Positions 1 to 9,744 of a DNA stretch of 64,000 bases are shown here, in pieces (the first letter of the stretch is position 1; each line of letters opens with the position of its first letter). The stretch is from a virus. The stretch is taken from the IMG/VR virus record IMGVR_UViG_3300045988_082835; one strand, written 5' to 3'. Under the pieces are notes generated by a model. It saw only the letters and a list, made by a program, of their open reading frames with translations, did not search any database and was not told where the DNA came from. The position numbers and the translations under genes are program-made.

Positions 1-405
1 CCAACAAAGGAATACACTGGGAAAGAGCTAGATACATGGCCATATTGGGAAAGTCCTGATGGTGAGCTATGTGATTTTATTGATGCTGTACCTAAAGGAG
101 ACTTAATCACGGAAGGGTATGTTCCAATAACTAAATACTATTATAATGGCTGGAAATCAGCTATTAAAATTGGAGCATACGATAATGATAATAATTTAGT
201 TGATCTTGGCACAGTTAGCTCAGGTATTACGGATGATATGAAAAGGCTAATGACAGAGTTTCCAGGAAACTTTGTTGGACACGTAGTAGCTCTTGATTGT
301 ATGTCCATCAATAGAAAAGATCATACCCTACGACACCCTGTTTTCAAATGTATGAGGGATGATAAGGATGCTAAAGACTGTCTCATAGATGAAATTTTTA
401 AATAA
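1..405 (+). CDS. ATP-dependent DNA ligase, C-terminal OB-fold portion (5' end cut by window edge)
   Basis: Frame is open from nt 1 to TAA at 403-405. Translation ...GHVVALDCMSINRKDHTLRHPVFKCMRDDKDAKD matches the conserved ligase C-terminal motif (LRxPRF..R.DK). Confidence 0.6.
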   Translation, partial: PTKEYTGKELDTWPYWESPDGELCDFIDAVPKGDLITEGYVPITKYYYNGWKSAIKIGAYDNDNNLVDLGTVSSGITDDMKRLMTEFPGNFVGHVVALDCMSINRKDHTLRHPVFKCMRDDKDAKDCLIDEIFK

Positions 406-410
406 ATCTG

Positions 411-439
411 TTTGACACTAAAATAAAATTATTGTATTA
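411..439 (+). promoter_or_regulatory. sigma70-like promoter (TTGACA, 17-nt spacer, TATTAT)
   Basis: ttgacactaaaataaaattattgtattat lies upstream of the small CDS at 476. Confidence 0.45.
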
Positions 440-475
440 TATATTTGTAATTCAGGGATAAAGGATAGAAATTAT

Positions 476-682
476 ATGACCCGAAAATAGATGAAAAAGC
501 TCGCTAAAGAACTATATTAGTGTGAGCAAATTCACCAAAATGAATCTTCCTCAAAAGAGGAAAAATCCCGGGCTGAAAATCGAATTATGCAAATCACTAA
601 TTAGATTATGGCATTGAATGACGGGATAAATATTTTGCTAGAAATTGATGTTATGGTTCAAGATTTAGCAACACAACAATAA
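476..682 (+). CDS. hypothetical small protein (68 aa, three in-frame TAG)
   Basis: ATG with AAAGGA ribosome-binding site. Coherent ORF MTRKQMKKLAKELYQCEQ... only if TAG is sense; ends at TAA. Confidence 0.4.
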
Positions 683-712
683 ATAATATATTTTAAAGGA
701 GAATGTCTAATT

Positions 713-979
713 ATGGCAGCTATGAAAGAAAATACTCGTAAGGTTTTAGATTATTTAAAGGAAAACAATGATACTAATTTGACAGCCGCAGATGTTGCTG
801 AAGCTCTCGGTCTTGAGAAGCGTCAAGTTGATGGTATCTTTACTTCTGCGTTCCAGCGCAAGGGATTGGGCGAGCGCGTTCCCGATGAAGTAACTCTTGA
901 GGATGGTTCCCATCAGAAGGTAAAGTATCTTCGTCTTACCCAGAGTGGTCTTGATCTAGATCCCGACGCACAAGAGTAA
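713..979 (+). CDS. hypothetical protein (88 aa)
   Basis: ORF track; AAGGAG ribosome-binding site 8 nt upstream; followed by a terminator. Confidence 0.6.
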   Translation: MAAMKENTRKVLDYLKENNDTNLTAADVAEALGLEKRQVDGIFTSAFQRKGLGERVPDEVTLEDGSHQKVKYLRLTQSGLDLDPDAQE

Positions 980-984
980 TGTCT

Positions 985-1018
985 ATCGGGAAGAGTTTTA
1001 ACTCTTCCCGATTTTTTA
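985..1018 (+). terminator. rho-independent terminator
   Basis: cgggaagagtt-ttaa-ctcttcccg hairpin followed by a T-run. Confidence 0.7.
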
Positions 1019-1021
1019 ATT

Positions 1022-1933
1022 ATGATTATAGGATTATTATTAATAGCTATAATCGGGTTAATAATTTATATCTATTATCTCAAAAAGCAAACCCTTGAAG
1101 TAGTTTAGATTAACACAGATAATCAAAGAAAAAACGCTGAAATAGAAAAAGAAATAGCACATAATAGAGAAGTGTTATCTAACATAAAAAATAATATAAC
1201 ATTTGAGAACGATATTCTTTCTTCTTTATTAAAATCTTAGGAAGAAATGCGGGAAAGTGCTTAGAAACAAGCTGATGAAGCCTATTAGGCACGCGTCTCC
1301 GCACTTGTAAAATCCTACAAAGAAAAAGAATAGGAACTTTCTTTGACTTTTGATGCTAAAAATCAAGATTTGCTAAAGAAAATTTCTATTGAAGCCGGGA
1401 AATTAGCTGATTTATAGGCTAAGTAGCTTTCCTATATTTAGGCCAAATAGAGATAGGAAGAAATTGACTCTAATCAAGATTATTATCGTCTTGCTCTTGA
1501 TGAAATAGATATTAATGATATTACGTTATTGCGCGAATTACAACCAAGATTTGTAAAGAAAGAAAGTATAGATAAACTAATATGGGAAGTATATTATAAG
1601 CCAGCTTATGATATTTTAATGGCCCATTTGTTTCCCAAGGCAGTTAAATATTGCGGTATCTATAGAATAACTGATTTAACTACAGGCAAGTCCTATATTG
1701 GACAATCGGTTGATATAAAAGAACGATTTAGATAGCATATTAAATCTGCTTTAACCTATGGAAAGGTAACTAATAAGTTATACTCTGCTATGCAGAAATC
1801 TGGAGTTCATAATTTCGTGTTTGAAGTCTTAGAAGAAGTAACCAGAGACAAACTAAACGAGAGAGAAACCTATTGGATTGAGTTCTATAAGACTAAAGAA
1901 TTAGGTCTTAATGGAACTAAAGGAGGAGCTTAA
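1022..1933 (+). CDS. membrane-anchored coiled-coil protein with C-terminal GIY-YIG nuclease domain (about 303 aa, about 11 in-frame TAG)
   Basis: One frame from ATG 1022 to TAA 1931-1933 if TAG is sense. N-terminal transmembrane helix MIIGLLLIAIIGLIIYIYYL, Q/E-rich coiled coil, then C-terminal GIYRITDLTTGKSYIGQS...R..H...N..E.YWI, which matches an I-TevI-type catalytic domain. Confidence 0.5.
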
Positions 1934-2211
1934 TGTTTAGAATTATTGGTGATAGATGCACTGGAAAAACTTATCAGTTAATGCAATACGCTAAGGATAA
2001 TAATGCTATATTCGTATGTAGTAACCCTCACTCAATGAGAAGTAAAGCGGAAAGTTATGGAATTATTGGACTTAGATTTATGAATTATTCAGAATATTTA
2101 AATCACAGCAGAGGAATGAAGGATAAGATTGTAATAGATGAAGCAGAAACATTATTGCGATTGATAAACCCTTCTATGAAACTTATTGGATATAATTTAA
2201 GTGAGGAATAA
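1933..2211 (+). CDS. hypothetical protein with P-loop-like GDRCTGKT motif (92 aa)
   Basis: ORF track; start overlaps the upstream stop (taATG). Confidence 0.5.
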   Translation: MFRIIGDRCTGKTYQLMQYAKDNNAIFVCSNPHSMRSKAESYGIIGLRFMNYSEYLNHSRGMKDKIVIDEAETLLRLINPSMKLIGYNLSEE

Positions 2212-2213
2212 TT

Positions 2214-2840
2214 ATGAAGATTATTAAGCCAGATGTTGAACTTATTACACCTATTGATGGTGAAACAATCCTTAAACGAATTGAATAGTGTGGTAGAGTA
2301 TGTTATAAATCCGAGGATAAAATTACAGAAGATAGCGCTGTAAAATTCGTATAGAATATTATCAAGAGAGGCCATGAGGCGGTTCTTGAGCATTGTTCTT
2401 TTACCCTTAAATTTATTTGCGATAGAGGCGTAAGTCATGAAATTGTACGCCATAGATTGGCAGCTTATTGTTAGGAATCTACGAGATATTGTAATTACTC
2501 AAAAGATGGATTTGGAAATGAAATTACGGTAATTGAACCTTGTTATCTTGAACCAAATAGTTCAAAATATATACTATGGGAAATGTCTTGTGCGGAATCT
2601 GAAAAAAAATATTTTGAGCTTTTGTTCGAAGGCTGCACTCCACAAGAAGCAAGAGCAGTTCTGCCTAATAGTTTAAAAACTGAGGTAGTTATGACTGCGG
2701 ACTTGCGTGAGTGGCGACATTTCTTCAAGCTTCGTTGCTCTCCAGCCGCGCATCCACAAATGAGAGAAGTTGCAATCCTCGGTTTGAATAAAGTCAAGGA
2801 AAAGATTCCTGTAATTTTTGATGATATTACTCCTGATTGA
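2214..2840 (+). CDS. thyX: FAD-dependent thymidylate synthase ThyX (three in-frame TAG)
   Basis: MKIIKPDVELITPIDGE...HEIVRHRLAAYC(TAG)ESTRY. The ThyX RHRX7S motif is present with TAG at a typically Gln position. The C-terminal piece is ORF 2583-2840; ends at TGA. Confidence 0.8.
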
Positions 2841-2887
2841 CAATCTTTATTTTATATGTTATTATATGTATATAAAATAAAGAGGAA

Positions 2888-3289
2888 ATGATTATGAGTA
2901 AATGTAAAAACTTTTTAGATTATTTTGATTGGCTTGTAGCTAATTACCAAGAGCCAATCACTATTCCAGATGAAGTGCAAGAATTTTATAATATTCTTCG
3001 CTCACAGCAAGATATGCAGGTTGAGAAACCTCTCTTTACAGAAACTGGATTACAAATTCTTGAACATCTTCAAAAACATGAGGCGAAATCCTTAAAAGCA
3101 AAGGATATTGCAGATGGAATGGAGATTTCCTCAAGAAAAGTATCTGGCTCAATCAGAAAATTAGTGTCAGATGGTTTCGTAGAAAAATTTGGTTCTAACC
3201 CTGTTGTCTATACCCTGACAGAAAAAGGTAAAAACTTTGATATTGAGAAATATAAAGGAGAATTAAGTAATGAGCAAGAAAATGATTAA
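2888..3289 (+). CDS. hypothetical winged-helix-like DNA-binding protein (133 aa)
   Basis: ORF track; AAAGAGGAAATG ribosome-binding site. Confidence 0.45.
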   Translation: MIMSKCKNFLDYFDWLVANYQEPITIPDEVQEFYNILRSQQDMQVEKPLFTETGLQILEHLQKHEAKSLKAKDIADGMEISSRKVSGSIRKLVSDGFVEKFGSNPVVYTLTEKGKNFDIEKYKGELSNEQEND

Positions 3290-4226
3290 TAACACTCACA
3301 TCGAAGGGTATGTCTATGAACATAAACTTGAAAAGAAGGTTTCTGGAGAGAACTCTAAAAATCCTGGAACCGAATTTATTAATGGTATCTTGAGAATTGC
3401 CACAGACGATGATATGTTGAATGTTGTCGATGTTCATTTTAGCTATGTAACTGAGACAACTAAGAATGGTAAAGCAAATTCAACTTATGGAGTTCTTTTG
3501 AATATCATTGATGGAAAGATTGGTTCCGTAATGGAGCATGGTAAGGAAAACGCAGGAAAGATCCGCGTTGATTCCGCTATTGGGCTAAATGAGTGGTACG
3601 ATAATAACACTAATGGCCATCCTCTTGTAAGTGTCAAGAGAAATGAGGGCGGATTCGTCCATATAACTCAAGAGTTGGCAGAAGAAAAGAATCGTGCTAC
3701 TTTTGATGTCGATATGGTAATTACCGGAGTATTGCGCGCGGAAGCAGATGAAGAGCGCGATCTTCCTGAGAAGGTTACTGTAAAGGGATGCGTATTTGAT
3801 TTCCGCGGAGCACTTCTTCCCGTCGAGTTTAGCGTATATGCTCCATATGCACCGGAAAAGGCTTTGGATTACTTCGAGAATTTGGGAGCCACTTCTAGCT
3901 CTCCTGTCTTTACTAGAGTGCAGGGAATTCAGGTATCTAAGACTGTAGTTCGTAAAGTTGAGGAAGAGAGCGCTTTTGGTGACTCTAGAGTAAAAGAAGT
4001 CCGTAATTCTCAGCGTGATTTTGTAATTAACTGGGCACAGCCTGACATTTATGAGTGGGACAATGAGGAAACTCTTCTCGTATCCGAGCTTAATGAAAAG
4101 ATGGCTGCGCGTGAGGTTACTCTTGCTGAGATTAAAAAGCGTCAGGATGAGTATCAAGCAACAAAGGGTAATGCTCTAAGTGGAGCATCTACTGCCGCTC
4201 CTGCAAAGGGAGAATATAAATTCTAA
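3270..4226 (+). CDS. hypothetical protein (318 aa), possible ssDNA-binding or annealing protein given its position next to Sak4
   Basis: ORF track; no in-frame TAG; function assigned only from context. Confidence 0.35.
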   Translation: MSKKMINNTHIEGYVYEHKLEKKVSGENSKNPGTEFINGILRIATDDDMLNVVDVHFSYVTETTKNGKANSTYGVLLNIIDGKIGSVMEHGKENAGKIRVDSAIGLNEWYDNNTNGHPLVSVKRNEGGFVHITQELAEEKNRATFDVDMVITGVLRAEADEERDLPEKVTVKGCVFDFRGALLPVEFSVYAPYAPEKALDYFENLGATSSSPVFTRVQGIQVSKTVVRKVEEESAFGDSRVKEVRNSQRDFVINWAQPDIYEWDNEETLLVSELNEKMAAREVTLAEIKKRQDEYQATKGNALSGASTAAPAKGEYKF

Positions 4227-4255
4227 GAAAAGGGAGTTTATCTCCCTTTTCTTCC
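4227..4255 (+). terminator. rho-independent terminator
   Basis: aaaagggag-ttta-tctccctttt hairpin. Confidence 0.6.
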
Positions 4256-4283
4256 CAAATATTTTGATAAGGAGCGAATATAA

Positions 4284-4358
4284 ATGAGTTTGTTAGATAT
4301 TAAGCCTCATGAAGTATCAAGAGATCTGAGAGGTTATTCAGTATTCTTTTATGGTGAT
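4284..4358 (+). CDS. Sak4-like (AAA_24 / RecA-fold) recombination ATPase, exon 1
   Basis: AAGGAG ribosome-binding site; MSLLDIKPHEVSRDLRGYSVFFYGD. The reading frame ends in an in-frame TAA that is the first codon of the intron. Confidence 0.6.
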
Positions 4359-5099
4359 TAATCGTTAGCTAATATGGGTCACCTAACTCAGTGAACTATT
4401 GCTTAATAGGTGTAAAATTAATTGGTTAAACTTTTTCAATTTTCCCTTTCCTATTTTCAATAATAGTAGAAAAGAAAAAGGAGGGCTATAAAATGCCAAA
4501 AGGGAAAATTTCAAATCCGGGATGGATAACTTGCACTTGTCAGTATTGTGGAAAACAATTTCAATATTACAGAGATACTTCTGTAATTAGAAAAAGTTGT
4601 TATGAATGTATACCAGATGGTAGAAGTAATGATGCAGCTTTAATACGAAGGTTAATAAAGAAGAAAGCTGTTGAATATAAAGGAGATAAATGTGAATGTT
4701 GTGGAAAATCATATCCTTTATCAGTATATGATTTTCACCATAAAGATCCTAATTTAAAAGATTTCTCTTTAGGGGATAAGACATCTACCGTCAAATGGGA
4801 TAAAGTAAAAATAGAAATAGATAAGTGTATATTAGTATGTGCAAATTGCCATCGTCAAATCCATAGTGGAGATATTAAGTTAAATCAAGACCAGGAGGAA
4901 ATGCCTGCTAATAATTTTGCTAACAGGGAAACAGCTAACGGCAATCCTGTGCCAAGCCTCAAACAAGAGGAAGGTTAAGAGACTATCGAAAACCTATAAT
5001 AGAGTGAGTAGAGTAGAATGGAGATAAGCACCATTCGAAGCGCTGAGATCGTACTTTATAAGTATGATAAGATATAGTCCGGGGTTATCCGCTCACCCG
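4359..5099 (+). mobile_element. group I intron (741 nt) carrying an HNH homing endonuclease gene
   Basis: Exon 1 ends in U. Internal guide GUCACC (4378-4383) pairs with exon GGUGAU to form P1 with a G.U at the splice site. UGG (4375-4377) pairs with CCA at the start of exon 2 (P10). The conserved R (aGAGACUA, 4978-4985) and S (AAGAUAUAGUCC, 5069-5080) core elements form P7. The last intron nucleotide is G. Confidence 0.65.
4493..4978 (+). CDS. HNH homing endonuclease (intron-encoded)
   Basis: ORF track; AAAAGGAGG ribosome-binding site; zinc-ribbon CxxC pairs and an HH...CANCH motif. Confidence 0.75.
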   Translation: MPKGKISNPGWITCTCQYCGKQFQYYRDTSVIRKSCYECIPDGRSNDAALIRRLIKKKAVEYKGDKCECCGKSYPLSVYDFHHKDPNLKDFSLGDKTSTVKWDKVKIEIDKCILVCANCHRQIHSGDIKLNQDQEEMPANNFANRETANGNPVPSLKQEEG

Positions 5100-6005
5100 C
5101 CAAAGAGTGGTAAAACCACTATCGCAAGTAAGTTTCCAAAAGCACTTTTGCTTGCTTTTGAGAAAGGCTATAATGCATTACCTGGAGTATACGCCTAGCC
5201 AATTAATAGCTGGGGTGAATTTAAGAAACTGTTTAGTGAATTAAAAACTCCAGAAGTACAAGAAAAATTCCAAACTATTGTAATTGATACCGCAGACATT
5301 GCGTACGGATACTGCGAAAAGTTTATTTGTAGCAGAGAAGGCGTTGATACTATTGGTGATATTCCTTATGGAAAAGGGTATGCGCTTGTAAGTTCAGAGT
5401 TTGACGAAGCGATTCGTAAAATTCTACAACTTAACTATGGTCTTATTCTTATTTCTCACGCAAAAACAAAGACAGAAAAGAACGCAAAAGGAGAAGACAT
5501 TGCCTCATAGATTGTTCCTACTCTGGATAATAGAGGAAGATTAATTTGTGAGAGAACTTGTGATATTATCGGATATTCTCGTTCTGTTACTAATGAATCT
5601 GGAGGAACAGAAACAAGACTCTTTATGCGTGGAACTCCGCAGTATGTTGCCGGTTCTCGGTTCAAGTATGTACCAGAGTCTATCGAATTTACATATGATA
5701 ATCTTGTAAATGCAATTTCTAACGCCATTGATAGACAAGCAGAAGAAACTGGTGGACAGTATATTACAAACGAGGCAACTCAAGTTGTAACAGAGGATGT
5801 AACTTATGACTTTGATACATTAATGAGTAAGTTTAACGACCTGGTTGGAGATCTTATGTCTAAGAATCAATCTAACGCTGGGAAAATTACATCTATTGTA
5901 GATAAATTTTTGGGCAAGGGTAAAAAAGTTGGAGATTGCACTCCAGACCAAGCCGAACAGTTAGATTTGATTGTTCATGAATTAGAGGAATTATCCAAGA
6001 ATTAA
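5100..6005 (+). CDS. Sak4-like recombination ATPase, exon 2 (two in-frame TAG)
   Basis: Splicing gives ...FFYGD|PKSGKTTIASKF..., a canonical GxxxxGKT Walker A. The rest resembles AAA_24/Sak4 proteins; ends at TAA 6003-6005. Confidence 0.6.
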
Positions 6006-6102
6006 AATATAAGGAAGGAGAGAAAATTCTCCTTCCTTGATTTTTTATCTATTTTATGATATAATATTTATATAAGATTGTTATGAAAGGAGAGCGTAAT
6101 GT

Positions 6103-6636
6103 ATGGCTAAACACATGGTAAAATGTTTTTACTGTGGAGAAGTATTTGATGCATCAACTACACCATACGTTAAACCAAATTCAAGACGTTACGCTCATAA
6201 GACCTGTGCGCAAACGGCCGAGGAAAATAAAACGCAAGAAGAAAAGGATAGACAACTATTAGAAAATTATATAAAGAAGTTATTTGGAATTAACTGTATT
6301 TCTCCAAAAATTAAAAAACAAATTGAAACCTTTAGAAAAGATAATAATTATTCATATACTGGAATGTATAAAACTTTAAAATACTTTTTTGAGATAAAAG
6401 GTAATTCTATTGAAAAGGCTAATGGAGGAATAGGAATAGTTCCTTTTGTCTATGATGAAGCATATCTTTATTGGAGAGCATTATGGGAAGCAAGAGAAAG
6501 AAATGAGCAAATAGATATAGGAAAGTTTATTTTGCCTGTAAGAGAAGTCCATATAGAACCTCCTCAACGGCAACCAATGAAACATATACGAAAGCTATTT
6601 ACTTTCTTAAATGAGGAGGAAGCGCATGAAGAGTAA
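6103..6636 (+). CDS. hypothetical zinc-finger protein, possible helicase loader
   Basis: ORF track; CxxC...HxxC N-terminus; 3' end overlaps the dnaB start. Confidence 0.4.
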   Translation: MAKHMVKCFYCGEVFDASTTPYVKPNSRRYAHKTCAQTAEENKTQEEKDRQLLENYIKKLFGINCISPKIKKQIETFRKDNNYSYTGMYKTLKYFFEIKGNSIEKANGGIGIVPFVYDEAYLYWRALWEARERNEQIDIGKFILPVREVHIEPPQRQPMKHIRKLFTFLNEEEAHEE

Positions 6637-8164
6637 TTATATAGATACAGCGGCGATTACTTAGGTAATTGGATGTGTATTCAATAATGCTTCTATTCTT
6701 GATGATACAGATAAGTATATAATTCATGAAGATGACTTCCAAGAAGATTTTCATAAGATAATTTTCGGTAGTATCTATAATATCCATCTAACAGGTAGTC
6801 AAGTTAATATAGACGCGATTATAGATTATCTAGCAAACAGACCAAAGTTTGACGCCATATTTAAGCAAAACAAGGGTGTAGAATATCTCCTTGAAGCATC
6901 GCAAAGTGCAAGGCAAGATACTTTTAATTATTATTATAATAGATTAAAGAAGTTTACTTTGTTAAGAGCATATAGCAATTTTGGTCTTGATGTTAGCTAT
7001 CTTTATGATCCAAATAATATTCTCGATACCAAAAAACGCCAAATGCAAGAAGATTGGCTGGATAATACTAGCTTAGTTGAAATAGCTCATGCTATTGATA
7101 CAAAAATAGATGAAATCAAAAGTAAGTACATAGAAGATGATCTTGGATTAGGCTATCAAGCCGGAGACGGAATCAATGAACTTATTAGTGATTTAGAACA
7201 GCATCCCGAAGTTGGTATTCCACTATATGGCCCGTTAATTAATACAGTAACAAGAGGAGCAAGATTGCGAAAATTTTATTTGCGGTCGGCGGCTACGGGA
7301 ACCGGTAAAACTAGATCTATGATAGCGGATGCGTGTAATTTTGCGTGCAATGAAATCTATCATGATCAATTTGGATGGATTAAAAACGGAACCTCTCAAC
7401 CAACCTTATTTATTGCTACAGAATAGGATAAAAGCGAAGTCCAAACAATGATGTTAGCTTTCCTATCTGATGTAAATGAAGAACATATTCTCAATGGTCA
7501 ATATTTTGAGGGTGAAAAAGAGAGGGTATTAAAGGCCGCAGAAATAATTAAACGCAGTCCAATTTGGATAGAAGAATTACCAGATTTTTCTTTACAAGAT
7601 GTAGAGAATAAAATAAAAAAGAATATTAGAGAAAATGAAGTTAAATATGTCCTTTTCGACTACCTTCAAACTTCGCTTAAAATTCTTGAAGAAATCAGTA
7701 AGAAGTCTGGAGGAATCAGATTAAGAGAAGATAATATCTTATTTATGCTCTCCACGAGATTGAAAGACTTAGCCAATAAATATGGTATATTTATTATGTC
7801 TGCAACTCAACTAAACGCCGATTATTAGAGTAGTGAAACACCAGATCAAAATCTATTAAGAGGCGCAAAAAGTATGGCCGATAAAATAGATGTTGGTATG
7901 ATTCTACTAAGTGTTACAGACGAGGACTTAGTTAAGTTAGATCCAATACTAGATAGTAACAAGAATTTATTGCGTCCGAATCTAAAATTATCTATCTATA
8001 AAAATAGACGAGGTTCGTATAAAGGAGTATATCTATGGTGTTCTGCTAACTTAGGAACTTGTAGAATCTTACCACAATTTTGCACTAATTGGAGACATGA
8101 GATGGTGAGCATTGAAGATATTCGAGTGATTGTCGATGAAGGGCCAGCAGCTTGGGAAAAATAA
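6626..8164 (+). CDS. dnaB: DnaB-like replicative helicase (three in-frame TAG)
   Basis: GAGGAGG ribosome-binding site. DnaB N-terminal domain (DFHKIIFGSIYNIHLTG...IDAIIDYLA) and RecA-like C-terminal domain (GTGKTRSMIADAC, LFIATE). ORF-track pieces 6959, 7448 and 7874 share one frame; ends at TAA. Confidence 0.8.
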
Positions 8165-8355
8165 TGGAGGAATATATTATGAAGAATAGTCAAGGTTTAG
8201 AGTACAGAATGAGCAAGAAAATGTTTAATGAGCTTCTTTCAAGCAGAACAGAGGAAGAAAAGAAGCAGAATCCTTATGCTTATGTAACACAAATTATCAA
8301 TGAGCAATTTGGATTAAAAGGAACAGTAAATAAAGTATCTTTCTATGATGCTTAA
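8152..8355 (+). CDS. hypothetical small protein (true start possibly ATG 8179)
   Basis: ORF track; GGAGG ribosome-binding site before the 8179 ATG. Confidence 0.4.
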   Translation: MGKIMEEYIMKNSQGLEYRMSKKMFNELLSSRTEEEKKQNPYAYVTQIINEQFGLKGTVNKVSFYDA

Positions 8356-8357
8356 TT

Positions 8358-9461
8358 ATGTCAAGATACTATGATAAAGATGAGTTAAAGAGTAAACTTG
8401 AATTAGAACAAATTTATGATTTACTCGAAGCGTGGGGTGGTGAGCCTGAATATGTAGATGGCGGGCTCATCTCCCAAACTATATGTCATAATCTCCCCGG
8501 TGAAGGATCGAGAAAGCTATATTATTACGAAAATACAAAACTTTTTAGATGCTATACTGGATGTATAGATCCTACTTTTGATATATTTGATTTATGTATA
8601 AAAGTTAAAAAAAAGCAAGAAGATAAGAAATGGGAATTGTATAATGCTATGGATTATATAGCAGGATACTTTGGTTTTAACGGTATAGAGCTAGAAGATG
8701 AAAAAGAAGAATTAGAAGATTGGGACATATTTAGAAGGCATAATATTCAACCTCCAAAACCCAAACAACCTATTTCTTTGAAGGAATATAATCCAATTAT
8801 TCTTACTCGTTTTGCTTATCCTAGAATTTCAGGATGGGAAGCTGAGGGAATTTTACCCGAAGTTAGTAGAAGAAATTTTATTGGCTATTATCCTGGCGGA
8901 GGACAAATAACAATTCCTCATTTCGATATTAATAATAGACTAGTTGGGATAAGAGGGAGAACATTATCTTCTGAAGATGCAGAAAGATATGGTAAATATA
9001 GACCACTTATGGTGAATAGATAGCTATATAACCATCCTTTGAGTATGAATTTGTATAATCTAAACCATAGTAAAGAAAATATAAAAAAAGTAAAAGCCGC
9101 AATTATATTTGAATCAGAGAAGAGCTGTCTTATGTATCAGTCTTATTATGGATATAATAATGATATATCTGTAGCTTGTTGCGGAAGTAGTGTATCTAGT
9201 TATCATATAGATTTACTTAGGTCTTTAGGAGTTAATGAAATTATAATTGCTTTTGATAGACAATTTGTTGAAATTAGCGACGATGAATTTAAGCGATTAA
9301 AAGCAAAACTAATTCATATTTATAATAAATATAGTAAAAATGTTCGTATATCAGCTATATTTGATAAAGGAATGATTTTGCCATATAAAGCAAGTCCTAT
9401 AGATAAAGGGCCACAAATCTTTGAGAAGCTATTAAACGAAAGGATAATCCCTTATGAGTAA
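8358..9461 (+). CDS. dnaG: DnaG-type primase (zinc-binding domain plus TOPRIM; one in-frame TAG at 9021)
   Basis: CHNLPGEGSRKLYYYENTKLFRCYTGC zinc ribbon. ORF pieces 8358 and 9039 share one frame and are joined by a TAG. A TOPRIM-like IIFESEKS...VACCG motif follows. Confidence 0.7.
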
Positions 9462-9738
9462 AGAAGTTCTAAACTTAGTACCTGCTATTAAATCAATAGA
9501 AAAAGAGCTAAATGAATTAGCGCAGAGATATAATAAGAAAATTCAACCATATTTAGATAGTTTAGAAAAACTTAGAGAAATAAATCAAGCTTGTGAATAT
9601 TGTAATGGCACAGGCCATGTTCTAAGAAGTAGATCTTGCGCCGAGGATGATAGACCAGACCCTAATGATCTAAGTGATTATATTAAATGTAGGGGTTGTA
9701 ATGGAACAGGACTAGCACATCAAAATAAAAGGGAGTGA
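9454..9738 (+). CDS. hypothetical zinc-ribbon protein (94 aa)
   Basis: ORF track; CEYCNGTG and CRGCNGTG motifs. Confidence 0.45.
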   Translation: MSKEVLNLVPAIKSIEKELNELAQRYNKKIQPYLDSLEKLREINQACEYCNGTGHVLRSRSCAEDDRPDPNDLSDYIKCRGCNGTGLAHQNKRE

Positions 9739-9744
9739 TAAAGA

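Noticed and set aside
2103-4157. Opposite-strand ORFs inside thyX and the 3270-4226 gene (2103-2453, 2543-2797, 3195-3437, 3585-4157, all minus strand).
   Set aside because: They overlap well-supported plus-strand genes and have low-complexity, stop-rich translations and no ribosome-binding sites. They are antisense artefacts of an AT-rich genome.
4284-6005. Alternative explanations for the Sak4 split (two independent genes; a gene split by a free-standing homing endonuclease with protein-level complementation; an intein).
   Set aside because: The P1 and P10 pairings, the R/S core elements, the U(-1) and terminal-G positions and restoration of a canonical Walker A after splicing all fit a group I intron best. 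An intein is excluded because the insert is not in frame with the flanks and contains stops.
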